From: Moniliella sp. 'wahieum'
Taxonomy: Eukaryota
Length of the DNA stretch: 64,000 nucleotides
Direction of reading: 5' to 3'
NCBI GenBank assembly: GCA_003971905.1
Contig: RSEE01000125.1
Span: 62,001 to 126,000 of the forward strand
The position numbers and the translations under genes are program-made. This document shows positions 39,435 through 51,834 of the stretch, in pieces; within the stretch, counting starts at the first letter, position 1, and each line of letters opens with the position of its first letter. The notes beneath the pieces are model-generated. The model was not told where the DNA came from. It made no database searches and saw only the letters and a list, made by a program, of their open reading frames with translations.

Positions 39435-41272
39435 CTGGCTGCGCCCCTGTACAGTGCGTCTTTCTTTCCCCCCTCCTCCTCCTCCTCCGTTCTAACCCCC
39501 CCCCCCCCCCACCGCCAGCCACCGCCTCCGGCCAGCTCTTCCATGCCGGCCAGATCCTCGTCGCCACCGTCGGCCTCCCCGCGCGCGGCAAGACCCATCT
39601 GAGCCATGCGCTCGAACGCTATCTCATCTGGCTCGGCGTCAAGGCCAAGGTCTTTTCCCTGGGCGACTACCGCCGCAAGCGTCTCGGCCAGCCGGGCGAC
39701 CTGCCCCCCGACTACTTTGCTGTCGGCGGCGGCAGCGCCGCGACCGAAGCGTTGCGCAACCAGATCCTCGATGAGTTTGACGCCACGGTGCGCGCGTACT
39801 TTGCCTCGGGCGGCCAGGTGGTCATTTACGATGCGAACAATGGCCAGGAACGTGCGCGCAAGCAGCTGCGCGACCGCTTTGCGCCCGACCATGTCAGTGT
39901 CATGTTTCTCGAGACGGTCTGCGACGATCCGCGCGTGATCGAGGCCAATGTGCGCGCCGTCAAGCTGTCCAGCCCCGACTACCGCGGCTGGTCCCAGGAC
40001 GACGCGGTGGCCGACTTTTACGCCCGCATCCGGTCCCGCCAGGCCGAGTACGAGACGATCAACAATCCGTCCTTTCCCTATGTCAAGATCATCAATGTGG
40101 GCGAACGTGTGGTGGTCAACAACCTGCGTGGCTACCTCCAATCCCGCATCTGCTTCTTCCTCATGAACGTCCACAACCGCGACCGTACCATCTACCTTGC
40201 GCGTGCGGGCGAGGCGCGGATCGAGCACCTGTACAAGGCCGATGCTGATCTGAGCTCGCTCGGGTGGGAGTATGCACAGGAACTGACGGCGTTTGTGGAG
40301 AAGCTGCGCGACCCTACGCTCGTCTCGCCCCCGCTTTCTGTGAGCGACAAAGCTGCGAGCGATAAGGGCGCGAGCCAGACCCCCAGCTCGGCGGGCAGCC
40401 CGACCGAAGCCAAGTTCGCCTCGTCCCGGCCCCACAGCACCTTGTCTGCCCAGAGTGGCGGGAGCGAGACGCGGCGCTTGGAGGTATGGACGTCGAATCG
40501 TCGGCGCGCGTCGCATTCGTGCTTTTACTTTCGCGAGCAGGGGTACAAGGTGGTGGAGAAGAGCCAGCTGTGTGAACTCAACCCCGGTACGGTGGATGGT
40601 CTGAGTGAGGAGGAAATCCAAGCGCGTTATCCGGAAGACTATGCGCGGTTGCAAGCCGAACCGTATGGAGGCCGCTACCCGCGCGCCGAGTCGTACCATG
40701 ACCTTTGCGTGCGCATCGAGCCGGCCATCCTGGAGCTGGAACGGACGACGAAGGATACGCTGATTGTGGCGCAAGCGAGTGTGCTGCGTGTGCTGCTGGG
40801 CTACTTGCAGGGCAAGCCGCCGCACGAGATCCCCCACCTCGACTTTACCGAGGGCGAGGTGATTGAGATTCGTCCGCAAGCGTATGGGATGCAGACTACC
40901 ACGCACCGGTTTTGGGACCCGGTGGAACGACGTCGGGTACGCGACCAGCTCTGGGCACGACAACGCTCCGCACACAAGTTCCGCTCCGCCCTCCTTCCCC
41001 TCGCCTCGCTCCGGACCGGCCTGAGAAACTGTCGGGCCTCTTCCCACTCGCTCCGGCTACCGCCCTTCCCTCCCCCGCCCCGCGCCACACCGTTCTCCCC
41101 TGCCCGTGTCCATTCCGCCATTGCGCGCTGCCGCATGCGGACCGCTCCAAGGCCTAACCTAGTCCCTTGTCTGGCTCCCTCTGATTCATCTCCTCTCCCT
41201 CTCCCTCTCCCTCTCTCGCCCTGCGCCTCCGTCTCCGCCCTTGCTCCCGTTCCCTTTCGCGCTAGACCTTGA
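39435..41272 (+). CDS. 6-phosphofructo-2-kinase/fructose-2,6-bisphosphatase family protein (YLR345W-like); intron 39454-39518; no ATG found
   Basis: TASGQLFHAG, Walker A VGLPARGKT, FSLGDYRR, VVIYDANN, VKLSSPDY, YVKIINVG, GYLQSRICFFLMN and RYPRAESYHDL. C-terminus is uncertain (41157-41272). Confidence 0.93.
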
Positions 41273-41810
41273 CCCACGCGTAAGCGGCGGGGACGGTGGG
41301 CGCCTACTCGGCCCTCTTGACCTCGGTAGGCACCGAGGATCAGATGGGGTTCTCTTCTTGTCTCTTTATTGTTTGGGCATGTGGACGATGGCCTCCCATG
41401 GTCGCCCCCCCCGCCCAGGGGGCTGTAATCTGTATATGTATCTATGGCCGCGCCAGCGCCGCTACACTGTTTGTCTTGTGTCTTGTGTCTGTCCCCCAGC
41501 GTGCCATGTGGTATGGCGATTGATGAGCTAGGCTAGCGTGGCAGAATGGTCTGCACACGGCGGGGCGCAGGAGCCGCGGGGAAAGCGAAGGGGAACACAA
41601 GTGACTAGCCACTAGCCAGGCGAGCACGTGAGAAAATGCAACATTGAATTCATACCCTCCTTGTCCGAGGGGAGGGGTGATGACGATGGATGACGATGGT
41701 GGATGACTCGGCCGACTGTTCGTTTGATGACTCGGACTGAAGAGTGACGAGTGGCTGGCCAGAAGTGGCAACCAACACCTCTTCTCTCCGCCCATCGCCT
41801 GCGCCTGCCC

Positions 41811-43255
41811 ATGCCCAGCCGCCCCCGCAACCCCAACATCATCGACCTCACCTCGCCCTCGGACGAAGCAGGCGGCCGCCTGCCCGCCGCCTCCACCTCC
41901 ACCTCCACCTCCACCTCCACCTCCACCTCCACCTCCACCTCCACCTCCACCTCCACCTCCACCTCCACCTCCACCTCCAGCACCAGCACCGCTGCCTCCG
42001 GCTCTGCTGCCCCCCGCGCCGGATGCTGCGTTCCAGCCGACAGATCCGGTTGGCCTTGCCTGCTGGCGGCTCGGACGACACGCCGGCCGACAGCCCGCCC
42101 CCTGCCGCTGCTTCTTCGTCCAGGCCTCCCCGCCCGGAAGCTGTGAATGTAGAGGAGCACGATGCGGAAGTGGTGCGGCGGGAGGAACGACGTGCGCGCG
42201 CTCGTCGTCCGCCTGCCCACACTTTGCCCGGCTCGGGCGGGTCGGAGGAGATTGTGATTACCAATGTGCGCGAGGCACCTGTTGTACGTCCCCCCCCCCT
42301 CTTGTTCCCCAAACCCCTTACCCCCTCCCCCCCCCCTGCTCTGCCTCTCGCTTGTCTGTGCGCTGTGCAAACGAGGACGAGAACGAGACAGAGACGAGAG
42401 ATGAGAGGGCCGGATCGGGGACCCCGTGCGGGTGGCTAACGTTTCAGCATCTGGGCAGCGCGTCGCAACGTGCTTCGGAGGGAACTTGCCGAGCTGCTGC
42501 AAGAGCAACTGGATGCGATTCGGCAAATGGGGCCGATGGCTGGAGCAGCAATGTTACCACCGGAAGGCGGGTTGCCACTCATGTCGCACCAAGAACTGCA
42601 CTTTCACCATGCGGTGCAGACGTTGGTCCAAACGGGCCAGTTGCCACTGAACGACCCGATGGTACGTAGCATGTTGCGTGACGCGCGGCGCGACTCGATG
42701 GGCGCACGGTTGCGCGAGGTGGACCGGCGCATCCAAGCCTTGCCACGAGGCAAGTACGTGCGGACCAAGTACAAGCAACACTACACCCACCGCGGTGGGG
42801 TCAGCGCGCCATTTACCGCGTCGCTACCGCCGCCAGCGGTGGAGGTGGACTTGTTATCGGACGCGCCGCGCATGGGCCAAGCGGGCTTCGATTGGTCCAG
42901 CCACCAAGCGCGCGAACGCGAGCGAGAGTTGGAGCGCGCGTCCCAGCCCATGGGATCAAATGTACCCGTATGTGCCGGGTGCGATTGTGCGCTGCGCACG
43001 GCCGCCGAACAAGAGTCGCTCTTCCTACTTTTTGCCGTGTGGGCATGTGATTGATGGTGCGTGTCGCGAGCGCTTGGGCGGACCAGCCGCAGCTACCCAC
43101 CCCGATCCCAACGCCCCCACGGCCAGGCACACGCCCCGCTCGGTAAACGCAAACGCGCCGACGCACCGTCCGTTGCCTGCCCCGTGCCCGAGTGCGGGGA
43201 ACAGTGGACCGCCGTCCCGGGTCTCCCCCATTCGGCCACCAGGCTCTACGTCTGA
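41811..43255 (+). CDS. SIM-containing RING-variant protein, putative SUMO-targeted ubiquitin ligase subunit (Slx5/Slx8/Rfp/RNF4-like)
   Basis: SIM-like IIDLT, EEIVIT and VEVDLL. C-terminal VCAGCDCAL...LPCGHVIDGAC...CPVPEC...RLYV*. Joined across frameshifts. Confidence 0.7.
41890..41979 (+). repeat. (CCTCCA)n hexamer repeat encoding a Ser-Thr run
   Basis: About 14-15 perfect units inside the 5' part of the RING gene. Confidence 0.95.
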
Positions 43256-43532
43256 CGCTCGTTTGCCGTGGCTGTCGTCTGTCTTCTGTCGCTCTTGCTC
43301 TTGCTCTTGCTCTTGCTCTTGCTCGCGCTCTTCCCATCCTAGGTACCTCGTCTTCTTCTGCCTCCGCCCCCCGGGAGCTAGGAGGCAACCTATGTTTTAG
43401 TCTATGACCTGTTGTGCCAAAACGAATGTTCTAGTTAAATGATGGCATTGGAACCAGCCAGAGTCAAAGGGAGGCGCGTGCAGGGGGGCGTAGAGGGGGG
43501 GGGGTCCACAGGTCCACAGTGGTCCAGTCACA

Positions 43533-46165
43533 TTACAAGCCCAAGGTAAGCATGATCAGCACGCCGAGGGTGGCGATGATGAAGCCACAGAGCAAGGTGG
43601 CCACTCCGCCCGACTTGACGAAATCCTTGACGGCCAAGTACCGTTCGCCCATGCTGTCCTCGAGCGAAGCGGCGGTCATGTTGGGGAAGCCTGAGACGGG
43701 CAGGCCCATGGCCGCGCTCGCGGCCAGGGTGGAGGCCATGATGAGCAAGCGCGGGTGGGGAACGTCGAGGCTCTCGCCTACCTGCGCCGCGATCGGCAAT
43801 CAAGACGGCTGCAATGGTGTGGGAGATGAAGGTGGCAACGATTAGCGAGAGGGCGAGCAGGCTGCACATGACCTGGGCCAAGGACATGGACTTGACGTAG
43901 CTCTGGATCAGTTCGTCCAGGCTCTCCAACAAGCCCGAGGCGGTGACGGCTTTGCCCAGTGCGATGCCGCCATGGCGAGGAACAAGACGGTCCAGAGAAA
44001 GTTGTTAAAGTCCTCCTTGCTGAGGATGCCCGTGCCAAAGAAAATGATAATGGGAAGTAGAGCCACAACGCCCATGTCGCCAAGAATGTACTCAAAGTTA
44101 CGCTCCACGCACCAGAGGAAAATCGTACCAACGCACACGGCCGCAATGAACCATTGCAATCGCGAAAACGACTCCGAGGGCGGATTGACCTTGCGGATCA
44201 CCACCCCTTTGCCCGACCGTAAATCCGTAGCAGCAACAGCCACACACCACCACGCTCACCCCGGACACGGGAGCGTAATGGCAAACCACTGGAGCCAACC
44301 AATGGGGTCTTTCATGTACTGCAGCGCAATCAGGTTCTGCGGCGAAGCAATGGGCGACGTTTGTCCACCAATATTCGCGGCCAACGCAATGCCCATGATG
44401 AGCGCACGCGCATAGGACGAACCAACGGGCAAGGTACGCAGAATGGGTTGGATCAGACTAAACATGAGCACCGGCGCAGCCACGTTGGACACCCACATGC
44501 TGGCAAAGGCGGCTACTGCCATATGGGCAAGGAGCACGGTGCTGGGTCGGGTACCGGCCAGGCGAAGGACCTTGACAGCGATCACCTTGTCAATCCCGTA
44601 CTTGCTCAGTGCCGCAGCCAAGGTGAACCCACCCAGGAGCAAACACATGTTGGGCGCAAACATTTGGAGGAAAATCCACTTGGCCGTCTCGTTGGCTTCG
44701 AGGCGTCGGTCCTTACCATCGTCGCTACGTGCGACGCGGAGGACGACGACCAAAAGAGGCACGAGGAACGAAGTGACAAAGAGCGGAATCACCTCGGTCG
44801 CCCAAAGGATGGTGCAAAGAGTCAAGAGCGCAAGGCAATTTTGTTCTTCGACCCGATCAAAAAAGCGCAGCATGGGCAGCTTGAGCACCGCAGCAAACAC
44901 CCCCAGCGCCACGAGTAGCTGCACAGTGCTCACCCCCAACCAGCTTGGCAGCGTGACCGCACCCACAAGCGGCACGCGCACCCTCCACGGAGTCACTTGC
45001 GCCTCTTCTTTCCTCCCGCCGCCCATCACGTCGCGACCCAACGTTGCGCCCTGGGCCTTGCGTTCGATCCCAATCATCTCACGCCAGACAGTTTGCGCTG
45101 CCAGACGACCTCTTCGCGCAAATGGGTTTTGAGCTGGTTGAGGCCAGCTCGAGTTGTCGTGGGTGTTGACCGTAGCAAAGAGGGCGACGACGCGGGTGAT
45201 GCGTGCCTGGAGCACGTTCTTAGCAGTCTCGGTGAACGGGTACTGCTTGTCCACCACCGTAGTCAGGTACCCATCCTTCAAGGAGTGACAAATCTTGTCG
45301 TACTTTTTGAGGATCTTCTTCATGCCCAAGCGGTTGAGGTGGACAAACTGTTGCAGCTCACTGAGCGAACAAAGAGGTCGGTCAGACGACGCTTAACGTG
45401 ATCCGCACATCAATTGCATAGTCGTCCTCTGACTCCCAAATCGAAACGCCCCTCCTGGTCGAGGCGGACGCGGCCGAGGCTTCGGTGCGTGCGGCCGAGT
45501 GGGAACGAACGGTGCGCAGCGGGTTCCAGCTGCCGGTTGAGGTGGTGCGTTTGCGCTGCGACTGGGTGCGCGCGCGGCCGGACGTTCGGAAGCAGTGCGG
45601 GACGCAGCACGTGCATGTGCATTGGCCGAGTGGTCGTAGGCCAAGGCACGAGCATGGTCCGCATGCACACTCGACTCGGACGAGCGGCGACGACGGCGAC
45701 TGGCGTACGGCGGCAGCGGGCGGTTGGACAGGCCCGATTCGTTCGGCTCCCGCGCCTCCAATCAGCTTCTTCCTCATCACTGTCCTCCTCCTCGTCCGAG
45801 TCGAGCGCCAGCTCCTCCTGCTCCGCCAGCTTCACGTCCTCCTCCACATGGTCCACGTCGGCGGCCAAGCGGCGCTCCTGGCTCTGGTAGAAGCGGACAA
45901 TCTTGCCCAACTCGGCATCGAGCAGCGGAACAAACACGGCATCGGTCTTGCTGCCGAGCGGGTCCTCGTGCTGGAGAAGGGCGGCGCTCTCGCTCTCAAT
46001 GTCGTGGTCCGGCTGGCTGGTCGGGGTGGTCGTGGTAGGGGGCGGGGTGGCCATCGTACAGCCCCTTTCGAGGGTGTAGATGGTTTTCTTGAGATGGTCG
46101 TAGTCCAGATACGCGTCCCGCCACTCGGGGACGCTGTTGAACTGGAGGCTGTGGGAGAACTTCAT
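43533..46165 (-). CDS. SPX-domain low-affinity phosphate transporter (Pho87/Pho90/Pho91 family)
   Basis: MKFSHSLQFNSVPEWRDAYLDYDHLKK, KKILKKYDK, ILWATEVIPLFVTS, ASMWVSNVAAPV, ALAANIGGQTSPIASPQN and MGLPVSGFPNM. Confidence 0.95.
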
Positions 46166-47593
46166 GGTCCTCGCAGGCCAGCGACGGTGGGGGCAGAGCA
46201 AGCGAGGGCAGCGGCAAACCAAGGAAGGGGTGGCGCCACGCCAGGCGTCCCCTGGCGTCCCTGGGCGCGGCCTGGTTAGGCCAGGCGAAGGCGTGCTGCC
46301 CACTGCAAGGTTCAACTTGCTGCTGCTCAGCCCGCCTGGGGCGTCGCACACACTGGCCCCGCGGCCCACCCCCCCCCCCCCCCCCGCAACACCCACACTG
46401 CCCCTGTGCCCCACGCCACGCGGTGAAACCCGTGCTTAGCTAACCAAATGCAATGGGCGATGCACGGCGGCGGGCGCTGCATGGGTGGGTTTAACGTAAA
46501 ATTTACCCTCCAGCCCTTTTGCCCTGATCGAGATCGAGGCTGGAGGGCCACCAGGCAACTTCAACACCAGCTCCAAGCACCCCCAACCGCCATCAACTCA
46601 CCAGGCACTGTGACATGCTAGCGGGCGTCGTCTCGGTTTGGAATGGGTAGGTAAGCGTAAGCGCCCCACGTAGCCACCCCCGTCTCTCCGCCGCGCCAGA
46701 CGATGTAGACGGACGTCGAATGTGCCGCAGCGCATCTCATATCCATGACATTGACAGTCGGTCCTAGTCAGAACAGTAGCTTTGTATAGATCCCCCTGTT
46801 CCGATTATTTATCTACTTTGGCTGCTGCCTGTGCCTGCCGTTTCTGCGTGGTATATGAAGCTAGCCACTCCTGTCGGCACGAGATCACGATCGCACTACG
46901 CCGGAGATCAGAATCGAGGAGCACTCGTAGATAGACAGTAAGCAAGTATGCTCTCCGCAACTCGCTCTGGCCGCGCATTCGACCTGCCCGTCTGGCATTC
47001 TGAGATCTGAGACCGGATTGATGGAAGGAGATGATTTACGCACGGGCGGCGTGGCGTGGCATGCGCGTGGCCCTGTCGGGATAGTCGATATAGCAGCGAG
47101 ATGGTCATCCATTTGCGACGAATGATCGCCCCCGTCCAGAGCGTGAGCGCCGAGACACCCGCCGGCGCGCGTGCGTGCCTCAGGCCTCCGACCCCATACA
47201 GAGGCGCTTTCCAGCGTCCTTGTCCATCCGTCACGCGTCGCATGTCACCGCCGCCGCTCTGGCTTGGCGCTGTCGCAGAGCGTAGACAGCACGCCCGCCG
47301 CCAAGGTGCGCCCAGGTGGAACAAGCGGAGAGCGATGCGAGCATCTGCCGTGCGTTCTTTGTACATACCCCCGCGTCTGCCCGTCTGATGCGTCTGCGTA
47401 CTTGTACGCACGCTTCAAGCTTCCGCTTCAAGGCACACTGGCTTGGCACTTGCCACACTCGCCCCTGCCGCCTGCTCCCCTTGCTATCAGTGTGGCTCCT
47501 CGGCGGCGCGCATGGTGCTGATGGCGGTATAAGCGCAGCGCAGCCGAGCCGGTACTTCCACCATCACCCTCATCCCCCCCCTCCAAGGCAGAG

Positions 47594-49558
47594 ATGTTGG
47601 CCTCAACCGCGCTCAAGTTGGCTGCTGCGACGGGCATCGTTGCCGCCGCCTTGCATCCTGGCCCTCCTGTCCGCCGCCCTCTGTCCCATCCATCAGGGGG
47701 CTCACTGGGAATAACCCCTCGCTCGAATCCCAGGGCGACGCCTGGCTTTCTCTGGCTCACACCATGGATCCGCCGATGGGACCGCCGATGGGACCGCCGA
47801 TGGGACCACCAACGGATCCGGCTCAGGCTCCGACTTGGGCGACCCAACTGGAAGCGGAAGTCCCTCCTCCTCTTCTGACTCCTCTTCTTCAGGGGGATCC
47901 GACTCAGACGACGACGTGCCTTACCTAGCCAGTGAAGTATGGAACGCCAGTGTCTATGCCCGCGATCGCTACAGCCCGGGGGACACCATCCCTGGCGCAC
48001 GGCAGCAAGATACCTGGAACCAAACTGCCATTCTCACCATTGACGGTACGGATGACATGAGCCAGAATCCCAGTGCGAAACGGTGTTTATTGCCACCGCC
48101 CCCAACACGGGCTCCTTTCCATCGGTTGGGAAACGCTGCCGTCAGTCTTGGGATTTGACCTGATGCGCGACCTTTGGGTGTCCTCGCCCGATGAGGAGGC
48201 GGCTTTCCGCACCAGGCCGAACCGGGCGAGTCGCCGTGCTGGTTCTGGTTCTGGTTCTGGTTCCGGCCCCGGCTCCGGCTCTGGCTCCGGCTCTAGTACT
48301 AGTGCCAGCTCCAACTCTAGATCGGGCTCCGGCTCTGACTCGGATGCTGATGGACAAGGGGCTGTTTTCCCCTACTACATTGAGCATGGGAAGAATACAT
48401 CGCTCATTAAGAGGGCAGTCATTGCGATTCCTGGGGTTCCGCGGGACACTTGGAAAGCAGTGAATGAAGTACGCAACTCGCTCATCTGCACCGCCTATGC
48501 CAACGACACCGACCTCGACCTGTCCGAAATTTTGATCCTCGGTCCGACCTGGTTAACGCAGGACGACATCAAGGCCGGTGCGGGCGAGGCCAAGGATTGT
48601 ACTGGCCCTCGGGAAATGGGTGGGGCACGGGCATTCCTTCGGCCGGACCCAATGGGGTGAGCATATCCGCCTTTAGTGCGCTCGACGCGTTGGTCAACAT
48701 GTTGTTTGACAACTCGAACTTCCCTCGTTGAACAATGTCGTGATTGCGGGCCATTCACTGGGAGGTTCATTGAGCCAGCGCTACGCTACCATTCGTGGTG
48801 TCACAGATGACGATCCTGATCTGATCTACTGGGCAGGAAACCCGTCGGTGTATACCTGGCCCTCGCCCCGCCGGCCAGTGAACAAGATCAAGGGCTCGTC
48901 ATGCAATAGCACACGCAACCAATGGCCGTATGGTCTGGACCTGACCAACTCATCTTTGACCCTCTCGTACAATCCGGTGCCGCCACGCGTTGCCGGAGCG
49001 CAAGGCCACCTCTGCCACCCTCCGGAGTCAGTACCTTGCCCGTCATGTCCACTTTGCGTGTGGCCTCAGTGATGATCTGGAGGGAGCACCGCAGTGCGAG
49101 GCCGCTTACCAAGGCAACACCCATCTTAACCGCTGCCGAAACTTCCAAGCCAAGTGCTGGCTGAACCTGCGGGCAACAATCAGACTTGGAGCTACGTCCC
49201 CAACGTCGCTCACCAAGAATACCTCGTACGTCCTCTCTGCCCTTTCTCTCGCGGTGACTTTTTACGGTTGTAGAATTCAGACTAATGCAGAACCCGAATC
49301 CAGATGTTCTCGGCACCATCGACGCAGAAAATTTTGTTTATCAATTCCCTCAACGATCGTTTTGCCGCCGTGCGCTCCACCAACTCATCTGCCGGTCACT
49401 CGGGAAATGGATTGACGGGTACCCGGTCCCCCGGAGAAAATACCACTACGACGTCGCCAGAGCAACAGAGCAAGCGCGGCCTCGTTGATGGGTCTCCCTG
49501 CTTCACCTTGGCTTGGGCCTCTGCTTTGCTGGTGATGGGTCTGACATGGCGGATTTGA
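47594..49558 (+). CDS. Secreted, possibly GPI-anchored alpha/beta-hydrolase-fold protein
   Basis: Signal-like MLASTALKLAAATGIVAAA, Ser/Gly linkers, nucleophile elbow VVIAGHSLGGSLSQRYA, AGNPS, NQWPYGL and a hydrophobic C-terminus LAWASALLVMGLTWRI*. Several frame breaks. Confidence 0.72.
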
Positions 49559-50657
49559 ATTAGTACCATACTGTCCTCTCATTTTTCTATTCCATACCCT
49601 CTGTCTCGTTTGCTTCCGTACACAGTTGATATGGACACGGTTCCGCTTGGCTCTACCCTGCTTGCGAATACAGTCAGGCTAATCGTGTCCTTCCTCTCGA
49701 CATGTCGCAGTAGCACTCCCCCACCCGCCCCGCTGATGCCCCTGATAGATGCCCCCATGACCGAGACGTCGTCCGCGTTCCCAGCGTATGACCACAGCTT
49801 TCCAAACTGATTACTCTGTACCTGCCTGGTAGGCAGCACCCGATCGTCGCTGCACTCGAGCAAGCTCGACGGCCTGTGCCACTGTGCTCTATACACAACT
49901 CAACGCTTGTGCTTTGCCCCATCTGTTCCTTCCCGGGGCGCTACCGCTCCCTACAGGGCACGGGCACATTTGTTGGACGCCACCGACTTCTCTAAGTAAG
50001 ATCAAGCGCGTTAGCGGTGGTGGTGCACACGCAGCTATACAAGTGGCAGAACCGCTGGGCCAGATTATGGGGTTGAGATGGCGAATTCCGTTCGCCGCTT
50101 GCACCCTCGCTATTCAGTGGTTTGATAGGAAACTAAGAATGCGCCAATGATGGAGCTCACTGGCAGAGCGTGATCCACCATGAGCGCGGCCCAAGGGGCA
50201 AAAGATATATGCCCCTGCGTCCTTGACTTCCACCCGTTGTCGCGATACGAATAGTACGTCATGCTCTCTCCCATCTCCAAAGCCAGTACTGGGTCTTGGT
50301 CTAGGAATTCGACCTACTCCCCTCCCCTTGCTCACCGTCTCGGCTTCAGGCCCAAGCACAGACGTGGGGAAGAGCCGCTGCCTCGCTCTCTCCTTTTGGT
50401 CTTGGCCCAGACGGGCCAATGACGATGATGGTCCGATTCCCTCGTCCCCTCATTGCTTCGCCTCCCGGCTTCCCCTTCGGGGACCTTCGGCGACCTTCGG
50501 CGATGTTTTTTTTTTCTTCCAAGACGCCCCGCTCCCCTCTGGTGTTCCTCTCCTATCTGTATGTGAACCTTCTCTCTCACTCGGCTGTCAAAATGATCAC
50601 GTAGCCCACCAGAGCCAGGCGAGAAGGAGAGGAAGAAGATAGTCATCAGCCAGCGCA

Positions 50658-51834
50658 TCAGCCAGCCCGCTCCGTCCCAAGCGTGGTTCCCGTACTTCCA
50701 CGCCCACGCCCACGCTCACGCTCACGCTCACACCTCTGCTGGGTCACGACCATCCGCGGTACCGGGGAACGAGGGAGGAGGACTAGCATCCTGGGAAGGG
50801 GTCGAACTTTCCGACAGTTGCCAGGCTGGAATGGTAGGTTTGGGCGCGTCAGGCACTGGTGTTGAGCCGAGGCAGAAGGCGCAACGGGGGGAAGGGCAGA
50901 TCCCAAACCCATTGGGTGCCTCGTTATCCTTCTTGTCGTCGTCGGGCAGCTGTTGCCAGGCTGGGATGGTTGGTTTGCGGCCAACTGCCAGCTGGGCACC
51001 GAGGGGCGAGGCATCGATGGCCTGGGTGGCGCCGAGGAAGCGGTGGCAACGCCGCTGCCTGGGGAGGCAGGCGCTGCGGTGCGCGATACAAAGAGGGTCT
51101 TGAGGCTCTTGACTTCGGTGGTGATGCCGTCGAGCGCGGCTTTTGGGCCTCCTTGTGCGCATCAAACATACGGTTCAGCTGCGCGTTCACATCGTCTACT
51201 TGGCGTTGCAACTGGCGGATTTCTTGGTCGCACTGCGCCTCGCGCTTATCAGCTTGCTTGAGTGCGTCGTGCACGTCCTGCGTAGCAGCGAGCACGAGCG
51301 CTTGCTGCGCGTCCAGACCGGCCTTGGCAGCCGCGTGGCACTGTCCAACGACGCCAGCTGCTTCTCCACCGCATCGTACCGCGCCGTCAGCGCAGCCAGT
51401 CGGCTTCCAGCGCATTGTTCGACGGCGGTTGGAGGTACGGGTAGAGCCAGCGCTTGCCCAGCGCGTACAGGCCATACCCCACCCCACCACCAACGAGACA
51501 TGATGAACCAGTCGCGCCAGTCGCTCGGAGCGCGCGCGGCGGCGGTGGTGGCGCATACCCAGTGGCAGGGGCGGGGTAGCCATACGCACCGGCCGAAGCA
51601 GGGCCAGGCGCAGGCGCCGCACCGGCACGCGAAATGGCCGCGTCGACTTCGCTGGAGGAAGACCCTTGGATTCGAGAAAGGCGATGGCTGGGAGAGGGGG
51701 GCGGAGGCCACGCTCGGGTGGCGGAGGAAGCTGAGAGCGACTGGACAACTCGGGGCGCAGGCTGGAGGGCGAGGGCGCAGGCGCGATGGCCGGCGCCTCC
51801 TCGGCGGGCGGCAGGCCACAGCAGCGTCGGACAT
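50658..51834 (-). CDS. PEX14: Peroxisomal docking protein Pex14
   Basis: SFLRHPSVASAPLSQ..IAFLESKGL, DWRDWFIM, GGGVGYGLYALGKRWLYPYLQPP, a coiled coil, and C-terminal PSVPSWQL/KPTIPAWQ repeats. Confidence 0.93.

Noticed and set aside
39293..41047. 584-aa minus-strand ORF and similar long antisense ORFs
   Set aside because: Shadows of GC-rich coding sequence on the opposite strand, with no independent motifs.
49579..50420. Chain of short minus-strand ORFs between the hydrolase and PEX14
   Set aside because: No family motif or clear gene structure.
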